From an uncultured Candidatus Saccharibacteria bacterium (GTDB lineage Bacteria > Patescibacteriota > Andersenbacteria > UBA10190): a DNA stretch of 64,000 bases. A program made the position numbers and the translations under genes. The stretch is taken from the NCBI GenBank assembly GCA_964610055.1, contig CAZSUC010000001.1:588977-652976 (forward strand), written 5' to 3'. The notes under the pieces were generated by a model that was not told the origin of the DNA, ran no database searches, and saw only the letters and a list, made by a program, of their open reading frames with translations. Of the stretch, positions 10,381-19,688 are shown one piece after another (position 1 is the stretch's first letter; each line of letters begins with the position of its first letter).

Positions 10381-11436
10381 CTATTCGTCTTTAATCATGT
10401 CCCAACTTAAAGGCTGTCCTTTTTTTAAAGTATACTTTGCTTTCCTACCTAGAACATCAGACCAATATTTCGGATGCATCCCAAATCCTGGCCGAATTGA
10501 CCGAATATTTGATTCGGTAAGACTCTCTCCTTCATTCACATCCTCTGTCACAAACAAGGAACGAGAGTGTTCCCGACTTTTCTTAGCCCTATTAGTCAAC
10601 ACAAAAGACCTTGTCCCCAAAGATTTTTCAATATTTCGAACTGCTTGCGACATCGCCTTAAATTCTTTCGGATCCAAAGAGAACATAGCATCTGGGCCAC
10701 CCAGATCCTTATCTAAAATAAAATGCTTCTCTATTATTTTTGCTCCCAACGCTGTTGCCGCCACTGGCATCTCAATTCCTAATGTATGATCAGACAAACC
10801 AACCACAGTCTGGTAGATCGCTTCTATTTCTGGCATTCCTCTTAAGTTTACCTCTTCTAAAGGAGTTGGATATGCGGATGTACATTTTAATAAAGCTATT
10901 TCATTATTACCCGCTTCTTTTATGGTTTGTACCGCTAAATCAATATCTTCTTTCATAGCCACGCCAGTTGATAATATTACTGGCTTATTCTTCTGTGCTA
11001 TATATCTAATTAACGGAATATCAGTAATTTCAAAAGAAGCAACTTTATAAGCCGGTACATCCATCTTTTCTAAAAAATCAACTGCCGTTTTATCAAACGG
11101 ACTAGAAAAACATACCAACCCCACGCTCTCTGCTACCTCTTTCAGTTTTGGCTGCCAATCCCACGGCGTATACGCCTTTTCATATAACTTATATAAGGTT
11201 GTACCATCCCATATGGTTCCTTGGTTAATTTGGAAATATTCGTTATCACAGTCTATCGTGATGGTATCAGGTGTATACGTTTGTAACTTGATCGCATCCG
11301 CCCCAGCATCTTTTGCTGCTTTTATAGTTGCTACTGCAACGTCAAAATCCTGATTATGATTTGCTGACAGCTCAGCAATAATAAAAACTGGACATTCTGT
11401 CCCAATCTTACGTTTAGCAATATTCATGACTGCCAT
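10381..11436 (-). CDS. NeuB-family nonulosonic acid synthase (pseudaminic/legionaminic/N-acetylneuraminic acid synthase, PseI-like)
   Basis: CPVFIIAELSANHNQDFDVAVATIKAAKDAGADAIKLQTY...KCTSAYPTP...GLSDHT is the NeuB TIM-barrel signature. A C-terminal SAF domain is present. Confidence 0.85.
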   Translation of the reverse strand: MAVMNIAKRKIGTECPVFIIAELSANHNQDFDVAVATIKAAKDAGADAIKLQTYTPDTITIDCDNEYFQINQGTIWDGTTLYKLYEKAYTPWDWQPKLKEVAESVGLVCFSSPFDKTAVDFLEKMDVPAYKVASFEITDIPLIRYIAQKNKPVILSTGVAMKEDIDLAVQTIKEAGNNEIALLKCTSAYPTPLEEVNLRGMPEIEAIYQTVVGLSDHTLGIEMPVAATALGAKIIEKHFILDKDLGGPDAMFSLDPKEFKAMSQAVRNIEKSLGTRSFVLTNRAKKSREHSRSLFVTEDVNEGESLTESNIRSIRPGFGMHPKYWSDVLGRKAKYTLKKGQPLSWDMIKDE

Positions 11437-12056
11437 ACTTTTATCTTATTAAGAATCTTATACGCGTCATCATTGTCCATCACATTCTTAATGTGCACCG
11501 CCTCTATACTAACATTCATAGCACCTTTAATATCAGCTTCCCAGTCATCCCCTATAACTAAGGCCTCTGATGGATCAACATTAAACCTTTCCAACGCTTC
11601 CAGGAAATACTTCTGATGTGGTTTTGCGTACTGCAACCCATCCAACTGAGAGTATAAAATTAGGTCAAAATAATTCTCCAGACCTAAAGCTTCAACTTTC
11701 CGTGCCTGCACATTCGGCCACCCATTCGTAATCAAACAAAGCTGATGATCCACACCCAACCTGCCTAATAACTCAACTACTTGCTCGGACATTCGTATAT
11801 CTGGCACATGAGAACGATATACATTAATTAATTCCGGCACCACCCCTGCCCCTAAAGCAAACTTCTGTACTAAAGTTTCAATGTTCTTTCCGCGTCCATT
11901 CCTAATAAACGACTCTAATAACAATCTATACGCTTCAAAATAGCTCTTGTTGAATTTATGTTGAACATATTTCGCTACCGTTTTAAATCCACTGATAACA
12001 TAGTCACCTTCAGCATATAGAGTATTATCCAGATCAAAAATTAATAATTTAATCAT
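11424..12056 (-). CDS. HAD-superfamily hydrolase (subfamily IA-like)
   Basis: N-terminal LLIFDLDNTLY (DxD motif I), plus internal T/S and K motifs and ...LVIGDDWEADIKGA (motif IV). Confidence 0.75.
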   Translation of the reverse strand: MIKLLIFDLDNTLYAEGDYVISGFKTVAKYVQHKFNKSYFEAYRLLLESFIRNGRGKNIETLVQKFALGAGVVPELINVYRSHVPDIRMSEQVVELLGRLGVDHQLCLITNGWPNVQARKVEALGLENYFDLILYSQLDGLQYAKPHQKYFLEALERFNVDPSEALVIGDDWEADIKGAMNVSIEAVHIKNVMDNDDAYKILNKIKVWQS

Positions 12057-13027
12057 ACCTTAGACACTTCGGCATCTTCTAAAAATAAATCCTGACTAAA
12101 TCGCATCATTATTAACCCTGGTTTAAAACCCTGATAACTAACAGGTAAGTTACGCAATAAGCGCAGAATAAAAACAGGTGTGTTAGCCCCAGACGCAAAA
12201 GACAGACTGCTTCCGCCTCCGTACCGCGGATTAATCTCTAGAAGTTTCACTGACCCATCGCTCAGCTTAAAACACTGCAGTACGTTATGCCCAATGAGCT
12301 GCAACTTCTCTCCAACTGCTCTCGCCAATTCCAGCACTTCCTTATCATCCACCGTCACCCCAACTTTCGATTCCCCGTCTTCAACCAGCAGTCTCACTCG
12401 CGGCACAATACTAATAACCTTACCTTGCCAATCAGAAAAATAATCGACTGAATACTCGACCCCCACCACTTGTTCCTGAAAAAGGGGATTTGAAACCAGC
12501 TTTAAAGCCATGTCCATTTCTTCTGGATTCGACACCAATTGCACCCCTCTGCTCCCCGCCCCCCAACGCTCTTTGACTATACAAGGAAAATTTGTAACTT
12601 CTGCCTTATCCAACCAAGTTTGGATAAATGGAAAATGGTTCCGCACTAAAAATTTAAAAAAAGCATATTTATCATTGCAGACTGTCGCCGTTTCATATGA
12701 TGGAGCCACAACTTTTACTCCTGCCTGATCGAATGTTTTTTGGTTCTTTGCTAGATACAAGACATCACTATCCCGTGTTGGCACCACTAAACTTATATTA
12801 TTTTTCTTACAAGTTTCGATAATATATTCGTCAAATCTAGGATCATCTAAACGAGGAGAAACATCAAACGCATCGCATGCATACAAGCCCGCGGAATAAG
12901 GGTTAATATCAAGACCAATTACCTTGCCAATCACATTTTCGTGCTTTAGAGCGTCCTTAAACGAGTTCACCAGCGTAACTTTATTACTTACACTCGTAAT
13001 TAGAATATTAATCTGCGCATCCTTCAT
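12053..13027 (-). CDS. ATP-grasp domain protein (probable amide/peptide ligase modifying the nonulosonic acid)
   Basis: PCIVKERWGAGSRGVQLV...KLLEINPRYGGG is an ATP-grasp fold signature. The gene overlaps its neighbours within the operon. Confidence 0.7.
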   Translation of the reverse strand: MKDAQINILITSVSNKVTLVNSFKDALKHENVIGKVIGLDINPYSAGLYACDAFDVSPRLDDPRFDEYIIETCKKNNISLVVPTRDSDVLYLAKNQKTFDQAGVKVVAPSYETATVCNDKYAFFKFLVRNHFPFIQTWLDKAEVTNFPCIVKERWGAGSRGVQLVSNPEEMDMALKLVSNPLFQEQVVGVEYSVDYFSDWQGKVISIVPRVRLLVEDGESKVGVTVDDKEVLELARAVGEKLQLIGHNVLQCFKLSDGSVKLLEINPRYGGGSSLSFASGANTPVFILRLLRNLPVSYQGFKPGLIMMRFSQDLFLEDAEVSKV

Positions 13028-13547
13028 ACTCTCTTCTTAGCATAGCGTGTAAAACACTGTCGTAATAATGCCCTTTTTTGTATACATTCTCCCTGAGAAC
13101 ACCTTCTTTTCTAAAACCGATCTTCTCTAAAGCTAATATTATCCGTTTTCTAAAAACATAAGTCTCAGTAACAACTCGGTTCATATTCATATCGCCAAAC
13201 CCTACATTTAACATGTGTTTTACAAATCCAGTGAATATCCCTAAAAATTCCTCGTCTGACTCCGACAATTTCGGATCCAACAAAAACGAAATCTCTCCTT
13301 TTTGGCTCACATAATCAACATGCACCAACCCTCCGTAACCAATCAGATCTCCAGTTTCATCAACAATCGCCAGCAGCCTTTCTTGATTACCGAAACTGAT
13401 TCTTTCCCAATACCGATCCTGGTCATCATTTGTTAATTTTTGATTTTGCCGCAGAATATCCATCTGCTTGTTCCTCCAATCCTTAATCAGTGACAAATCC
13501 TGCCTTCTCAATTCTCGAATTCCGTAATCTTTATAAATATTTTGCAT
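13008..13547 (-). CDS. GNAT family N-acetyltransferase (PseH-like)
   Basis: 179 aa. The acetyl-CoA-binding region (..IVDETGDLIGYGGLVHVD..GFRKEGVLRENVY) sits between the cytidylyltransferase and ATP-grasp genes. Confidence 0.65.
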   Translation of the reverse strand: MQNIYKDYGIRELRRQDLSLIKDWRNKQMDILRQNQKLTNDDQDRYWERISFGNQERLLAIVDETGDLIGYGGLVHVDYVSQKGEISFLLDPKLSESDEEFLGIFTGFVKHMLNVGFGDMNMNRVVTETYVFRKRIILALEKIGFRKEGVLRENVYKKGHYYDSVLHAMLRREYEGCAD

Positions 13548-13548
13548 A

Positions 13549-14301
13549 CTATATCCTGTAAACCACTGGAGTATAAGCCACTTCTTGAAGAGAGGTTGTT
13601 TTTTGCTTCACTTCACAATTGACTGTTAATAGCCCGTGATTTTCCTTAAGATAATATACAATATTTTCGAACGTTAAAGATTTAACATTTTGCATAACGA
13701 TGCGAACTAGCCGGTAATCATCTTTCGTATCTAAGGTTAATCGCATCTCAGAAAAATCGCGGTTGCACACTAACGCTCCAGCGTTTACTTTATTTCTCCT
13801 GCTTCTCATATACAAAGTCACATGCTCTCGCTCTGCTTGTGTCCTGGCGTTCTGGCATGCCTGCTCTAACAACTCAAAAGAAAAAACCTCTGCGTCAAAC
13901 CCTCTTGGAAACGTCTCCGTATCAATTCTAGCATAAGCAAATTTATTTTTCTGAAACGCTTTATATAGCGCTTGAATCAAAGATGAATCCACCAAAGGAC
14001 AATCAGCAGTTATCCGAATTATGACATCATACCCACCCTCTTTAGAACACTTATAGAACCTCTCCAAAACGTCCGTTTCCGACCCCCTAAAACACTTCAC
14101 TCCATTACCTTTACACAAATCAAATATTACATCGTCCTGTCGCTGGTCAGAAGTTGCTACAATCACTTCTCCTAAATCGGCTATCTGCATCCTTCTAACC
14201 ACATGCATTAATACCGGCACGCCTTCCAGATCCAGCATAACCTTGCCCGGCAAACGAGTTGACCCCATTCTGGCCTGAATAATAATAGCTGGATTATTCA
14301 T
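13549..14301 (-). CDS. Acylneuraminate/pseudaminate cytidylyltransferase-family protein (SpsF/PseF-like)
   Basis: IIQARMGSTRLPGKVM...VIVATSD...DVIIRITADCPL is the CMP-sugar synthetase (CTP_transf_3) signature. Confidence 0.75.
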   Translation of the reverse strand: MNNPAIIIQARMGSTRLPGKVMLDLEGVPVLMHVVRRMQIADLGEVIVATSDQRQDDVIFDLCKGNGVKCFRGSETDVLERFYKCSKEGGYDVIIRITADCPLVDSSLIQALYKAFQKNKFAYARIDTETFPRGFDAEVFSFELLEQACQNARTQAEREHVTLYMRSRRNKVNAGALVCNRDFSEMRLTLDTKDDYRLVRIVMQNVKSLTFENIVYYLKENHGLLTVNCEVKQKTTSLQEVAYTPVVYRI

Positions 14302-15422
14302 TTTTTCTTTAAAAACTGTCGAACTAACCTGATAACTATATCCTGATCCTTTACCGATAAAGATGGGTACATTGGCAGACTCATGATTGTACTATAAAAC
14401 TTTTCTGCCTTAGGACATTGACCCTTCTTATAACCTTTCTTCTGATAGTAAGGATGCCAATATACCGGTATGTAGTGAACTTGGGTCATCACTCCATAAT
14501 CATGCAAAAAATCATATAATTTCCGTCTCACTATGTCATCTTTAAGTCTAATGACGTACAAATGGTAAGCGTGCTCTACGTCCCGGCTTAACGGCAGAAC
14601 CTGTAGACCTTTCAGTCCCAAAAAAGACTTATCATACCGCCGAGCAAGCATTCTTCGTCTTTCAATAAAAAAACTTATTTTATTCAACTGACTAGCACCT
14701 AAAGCAGACTGGATATCAGTCATTCTATAATTAAAACCCAAATCTACCATTTCATAACACCAAGGATCATATAGTCTATCTTCATTCTTCTGAATACCAT
14801 GGCTTCTTAACCGCAACAATTTTTGATACAAATCATCGGAATTAGTTGTTATCATACCGCCCTCACCAGTTGTAATATGCTTAACCGGATGGAAGCTAAA
14901 AACTGACATGTCAGAATACTTACAACTTCCCACTCGGCTTCCTTTATACTCTGCCCCCAATGCATGACACGCATCCTCAATTACGATTAGTCCTTGCTTT
15001 TTCGCAACCCTACTAATTTTTTCCATATTACATACCGAACCAGCGTAATGCACCGGTATAATTACTTGAGTTTTTTTAGTCACCTGGCCCAATACCAGGT
15101 TTTCATCAAGTAACCCATTAGCCTTAATATCAACAAAAACAGGCTTAGCCCCGCAATACCACGCACAATTTGCAGAAGCGACAAACGTCATCGGTGATGT
15201 TATTAATTCTTCTCCCCTTTTTAATCCGGAAGCCAGGCAAGCTAAATGCAAAGCCGCGGTCCCCGAAGATACAGCAACGGCATATTTTGCGCCAACATAC
15301 TGACTAAAGAGATTTTCAAATTCTACTACTTGCGGACCACTTGTAAGCCAATCTGACTTTAAAACATTAGCCACAGCTTCTACGTCCTTATTATCCACAA
15401 ACTGATGTCCGTACGATATCAT
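14298..15422 (-). CDS. DegT/DnrJ/EryC1-family PLP-dependent sugar aminotransferase (PseC-like)
   Basis: AVAVSSGTAALHLA... and the FSFHPVKHITTGEGG lysine motif. Overlaps by 4 nt with both neighbours. Confidence 0.85.
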   Translation of the reverse strand: MISYGHQFVDNKDVEAVANVLKSDWLTSGPQVVEFENLFSQYVGAKYAVAVSSGTAALHLACLASGLKRGEELITSPMTFVASANCAWYCGAKPVFVDIKANGLLDENLVLGQVTKKTQVIIPVHYAGSVCNMEKISRVAKKQGLIVIEDACHALGAEYKGSRVGSCKYSDMSVFSFHPVKHITTGEGGMITTNSDDLYQKLLRLRSHGIQKNEDRLYDPWCYEMVDLGFNYRMTDIQSALGASQLNKISFFIERRRMLARRYDKSFLGLKGLQVLPLSRDVEHAYHLYVIRLKDDIVRRKLYDFLHDYGVMTQVHYIPVYWHPYYQKKGYKKGQCPKAEKFYSTIMSLPMYPSLSVKDQDIVIRLVRQFLKKK

Positions 15423-16444
15423 CTTAACAACCCCAAAGAGTTAAATAGCTTTATAACCTCTTTTTTTGAAATTACCGCATCCCGCGAACTGTATTGTTCC
15501 ATTACTTTTTCGTCTAACAATTTTCCTTGCCTCATATAAGCCGGACGCGTCTTCCCGGATTGAGCTTGTATACAAGAACTAATCACATACAAATTCTTAA
15601 AATCATAAGTCCTTGGAACTTCGGCAGAATTAATCATCAGCTCATGAATCTTTTCACCAGGTCTTAACCCGATTTTTTTAATCTTACTGTTAGCCTGATA
15701 TCGCTCTGTCAGTATTTCAATTAAATCCGTAACTTTAAAAGACGGCAATTTTGGAATAAACACTTCTCCGCCCACCCCATACCTCAGAGCATCAAATATT
15801 AAATTGACAGCTTGCTTAGGGCTAATAATAAAGCGTGTCATTCGCGAATCCGTCAAAGGAATGCTTTCACCTTGCATAATCTTCTCTGTAAAAAACGGAA
15901 TTACAGATCCTGTGCTTTCTAAAACATTACCATATCTAACCGTAGTAAACACGGTTTTAATGTCCCCCTTACTATAATTACTCTCACTAAAGATCCTCTC
16001 ACTCACAAATTTGCACGCCCCATAAGTATTAACCGGAGCACACGCCTTATCGCTAGAAATAAATACAGCCTTTTGAACACGATTATGCAAACAAGCGTCA
16101 ACTACATTTAACGTTCCAATAATATTAGTCTTAATTGACTCTTCCACGTTATATTCCAGTAAATCAAGTCGTTTGAGAGCAGCTGCATGTATCACGATAT
16201 CAGCCTGCCTCGTTGCTCTTATCAGCCTCTCTCGATCGCGAATATCTCCTAGTAAATGACGAATCTTATTATTATGCTTAAACAATTCTTGAAGATGGTG
16301 GTGCTTTACTTCGTCACGGCTAAACACACGAACGCTATGCGGCCCCTTTTTTAATATCTCTGTCACTAACGAGCGCCCTAAATATCCAGTACCCCCAGTA
16401 ATTAATATTGTTTTACCCTGAAACATATTGGTTTTCTTTGCCAT
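15419..16444 (-). CDS. UDP-GlcNAc 4,6-dehydratase (5-inverting), PseB/FlaA1/CapD-short family
   Basis: KTILITGGTGYLGRSL...VRVFSRDE...GDIRD...YGACK is closely PseB/FlaA1-like. An AGGTGA SD precedes the ATG. Confidence 0.85.
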   Translation of the reverse strand: MAKKTNMFQGKTILITGGTGYLGRSLVTEILKKGPHSVRVFSRDEVKHHHLQELFKHNNKIRHLLGDIRDRERLIRATRQADIVIHAAALKRLDLLEYNVEESIKTNIIGTLNVVDACLHNRVQKAVFISSDKACAPVNTYGACKFVSERIFSESNYSKGDIKTVFTTVRYGNVLESTGSVIPFFTEKIMQGESIPLTDSRMTRFIISPKQAVNLIFDALRYGVGGEVFIPKLPSFKVTDLIEILTERYQANSKIKKIGLRPGEKIHELMINSAEVPRTYDFKNLYVISSCIQAQSGKTRPAYMRQGKLLDEKVMEQYSSRDAVISKKEVIKLFNSLGLLR

Positions 16445-16550
16445 ATATCACCTAAACTTACTATGCTTATACTGCCCTAAAAAGTAAATTTTGCAGCTAC
16501 TTAATATAAACCCATCCTGAATTTATTGACAACAAAATGTATACCACTAT

Positions 16551-17762
16551 ATGTCAAATAATATAGGTTTTGTCATATCCCGTTCTGCCGAATTAAAAGT
16601 ATATGCCCCCCTTGCCAGCGCTGCTTTAGCCAAAGGATATAAAGTTTTTTTAATATGCGGCCCAAACCCTGAACAATCATGGCCCAATACACCTACATAC
16701 AAACCCATTAAAGCCAACTTAAGGTTTCAGGATGACCAGCACATTCAATATATTCCGTATTCTGACTACAAAGATGCACACCACCAAATTATAACGCACC
16801 GGATTAAAAATATTTTTACCCTTGGCTTCCGTCCCGGTTCTTTGACTTATTATCTTGGCCACCAAATCTCACAAAAATTCCGTCTCTACGGGCTCCAGTC
16901 TTATGCCGATTACTTGGCTACTCCTCCGGAATTAATGCAAAAGTTTGACGCTTTTTTCACTTTCAGCCCAATCATGAAAGACATATATCAAAAAGTTTAT
17001 CCCAAAGCGTCTATGGCAAGTCTAAACAGCGTCTTTCAAGCTGTCGGCAATCCCATGACTGAAAACATTAACACACTTCAACAACACTCTGCCGATATCC
17101 GCTCAAAATACAGCCTGCCTAGCAACAAAAAGATTGTATTATTGTTATCCTTTAACATCGGTAACGAATTATGGAGAAAATATGTTTTTGGTTCACCCAA
17201 CTGGCTATATTCTCTTGCTGCCCTAATCTACTTTCACGAATACTCTAAGATACCTTTAATCTGGTCTCAACCCAAGCTCAAGCGTATCCTAGCCGAACTT
17301 AAGCAATGGACCCGACAAAACAACGCGATTCTTGTCACCAAAACCCGGTCCAAACAAAACGAGCCCTCTTACCTCAAACGCACAACTGATTATCTTATTA
17401 CAGACACCGGATCTTGGCTGCCCTATCCTGCCCTGGAACTCATGTCTATTTCTGATTTGGTGGTCAGCTTTAACAGCACCGGAATCATTGAATCATCCGC
17501 ACTAGGCAAATTCATGCTTTCTATAAAATTAACTGACGATAAAACCACGTCAATTGGAGACACGTTTACTCGTACAATTTATCGCCCCTCAAACGTTAGT
17601 CAAACTGTGGACTACTATGACTTTCAAAAATTTCTATCATCACACGCCTTATCAGACTTTACCAAACAATCATCTGAATTTGCGCTCTATAACAACACCT
17701 TTATTAGCAAAAATACCACCCCCGCATCGCATCAAATTCTTGATTACTTAAATCAACATTAA
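16551..17762 (+). CDS. Hypothetical protein (candidate glycosyl/nonulosonate transferase), divergent from the pse operon
   Basis: 403-aa ORF. No motif is confidently recognised. Its position suggests a role in using the activated sugar. Confidence 0.5.
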   Translation: MSNNIGFVISRSAELKVYAPLASAALAKGYKVFLICGPNPEQSWPNTPTYKPIKANLRFQDDQHIQYIPYSDYKDAHHQIITHRIKNIFTLGFRPGSLTYYLGHQISQKFRLYGLQSYADYLATPPELMQKFDAFFTFSPIMKDIYQKVYPKASMASLNSVFQAVGNPMTENINTLQQHSADIRSKYSLPSNKKIVLLLSFNIGNELWRKYVFGSPNWLYSLAALIYFHEYSKIPLIWSQPKLKRILAELKQWTRQNNAILVTKTRSKQNEPSYLKRTTDYLITDTGSWLPYPALELMSISDLVVSFNSTGIIESSALGKFMLSIKLTDDKTTSIGDTFTRTIYRPSNVSQTVDYYDFQKFLSSHALSDFTKQSSEFALYNNTFISKNTTPASHQILDYLNQH

Positions 17763-17765
17763 GAC

Positions 17766-19655
17766 TTATTCACCGAATGACATCTGCTGTGTTAACAACA
17801 TCTGATAGTACTGCCCTCTTTTTCGTAGTAGCTCTTCCGACGAACCAAACTCAATTATTCTACCCTTACTTATAACTGCTATAATATCAGCCTGAGTTAC
17901 CGTCGACAGCCGATGAGCGATTATAATTGTAGTTTTTTTATGGCTCAAAGCGTTGATTGCCTGCTGCACCTCGTGCTCTGACTTACTGTCCAGAGCACTT
18001 GTTGCTTCATCAAAGACCATTACCTGTGGATCACGTACCAGAGCCCGTGCAATTGCTATCCTCTGTCTCTGCCCTCCAGACAACCGCACTCCTCTATCAC
18101 CAATCACCGTGTCATATCCATCCGCTAAATGACTGATAAACCCATGCGCGTTAGCCGCAACCGCCGCCTTCCGAATCTTGTCTATAGGACATTCTCGTGA
18201 TGCACCATAAGCAATGTTCTGCCCGACGGTATCATGAAACAAAAACACGTCCTGACTCACCACTCCAAACAGATTACGATAACTCGCCTTTTCAAAATCT
18301 TTCACATCCACCCCATCAACCAAAATCCGGCCTTTTGTTGGATAATATAATCCTAAAATTATATCTACCAAAGTACTTTTCCCTGAACCACTTTCTCCTA
18401 CTAAAGCCAAAGTCTTTCCAGTCGGCAAGAACAGATCTATATCTCTCAGTACTAAGCCATCTCCATAGCTAAAACTCACCTTCTCAAACTTTATCCCATG
18501 CTTCACCACACTAACCCGCTTTACGCCTTTATCAGTTTCTTGAGGCTCATTCAAAAATGAATATACTCTCTCAGTTGAGGCCATGCCTTCTTTTATGCTA
18601 AACCAAACGCCTACTAAGATATTCACGGGCTGCTGGAACCTGGTTAGCACGACAAAAAACAGAATCAGCTCCGGTACCGACAACTCATTCCTTATAATCA
18701 AAACTCCCCCTAAAAACACCACGGCCCCCGATAACAACGCGCTTGTAATTTCTTTAAAACGGTTTGGCAATGCTTTGCTTGCTGCATTCAGAGCCTCTAA
18801 TCGACGCCATTCTTGTAAATACTGCCTCCAACGCGTATTTTCGTCTTGTGCACGGTTAAATATTTTCACCACCTTAATGCCACTTAACGTCTCCTGTATT
18901 ACAGATGTAACTGCCGCCTGCACAACCAATATTTTTCGTTTATTGCTTTTCATCCACTCGCCTATTCCAATGGAAAATACACTGATCAAAATCCCGACTG
19001 GAATCATAATTAAAACTAGCTTTGCATTAATGACTAATAAAACGACAAGTAAGCTCGCCGAAACAAAAAAATTAATCACTATGTTGGCCACACTTCCGGA
19101 AACCATCTGAATCACCCCTTCGATATCATTAGTCATGCGAGACAAAATCGTTCCACTCCGCTCCTTTACAAAATACTGGTATGGCAGCTTAACTAGATGC
19201 TCATAACACGTTGCTCTTAGTAAAGCGTTTCCGCCCGTTTGCACACGAATGAACAAGAAATCCACTCCAAAGCCAATTATTGCCGACAAAACAACCAGAC
19301 TAATTATAAACCCCACTAGCCGTATCAACTGAAACGACTTCGTCCCTTCCCCAGCAACCACCACATAAAAGTTATTAACAACACTTTTCACCCGACTCTC
19401 CCATTCGGACACTTTTTTAAAAGCCAAGGGCTCACCATACATTTCCGGATCACTACTACTACCAAGCCCGCTCACTTCTTCAGGAAACAAAGTTTGCACT
19501 ACAGGCAAAAAAGAGTAAGTGGCTACACTGCTAACTAAACTCAACATGATCGCCAAAACACTCGCCACCACTAACACCCGCCACTCCGGCAGAATATACC
19601 GTAATGCCCAGCCATATAAACAGATTTGTTTACGCTTGTCCATCCACTGCCACAC
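17766..19655 (-). CDS. ABC transporter, fused permease/ATPase (type I exporter, MsbA-like)
   Basis: N-terminal 6-TM domain. Walker A GESGSGKST, ABC signature LSGGQRQRIAIARAL and Walker B VMVFDEATSALD. Confidence 0.9.
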   Translation of the reverse strand: MWQWMDKRKQICLYGWALRYILPEWRVLVVASVLAIMLSLVSSVATYSFLPVVQTLFPEEVSGLGSSSDPEMYGEPLAFKKVSEWESRVKSVVNNFYVVVAGEGTKSFQLIRLVGFIISLVVLSAIIGFGVDFLFIRVQTGGNALLRATCYEHLVKLPYQYFVKERSGTILSRMTNDIEGVIQMVSGSVANIVINFFVSASLLVVLLVINAKLVLIMIPVGILISVFSIGIGEWMKSNKRKILVVQAAVTSVIQETLSGIKVVKIFNRAQDENTRWRQYLQEWRRLEALNAASKALPNRFKEITSALLSGAVVFLGGVLIIRNELSVPELILFFVVLTRFQQPVNILVGVWFSIKEGMASTERVYSFLNEPQETDKGVKRVSVVKHGIKFEKVSFSYGDGLVLRDIDLFLPTGKTLALVGESGSGKSTLVDIILGLYYPTKGRILVDGVDVKDFEKASYRNLFGVVSQDVFLFHDTVGQNIAYGASRECPIDKIRKAAVAANAHGFISHLADGYDTVIGDRGVRLSGGQRQRIAIARALVRDPQVMVFDEATSALDSKSEHEVQQAINALSHKKTTIIIAHRLSTVTQADIIAVISKGRIIEFGSSEELLRKRGQYYQMLLTQQMSFGE

Positions 19656-19688
19656 TTAAAAACACATGATATTATTACAGTAGACGTT

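Noticed and set aside
16445-16550. Sigma70 promoter for the 16551 gene (TTGACA at 16526-16531)
   Set aside because: The spacing to any acceptable -10 hexamer places the transcription start at or after the annotated ATG. I could not define a consistent promoter or leaderless-mRNA geometry, so it is not reported as a feature.
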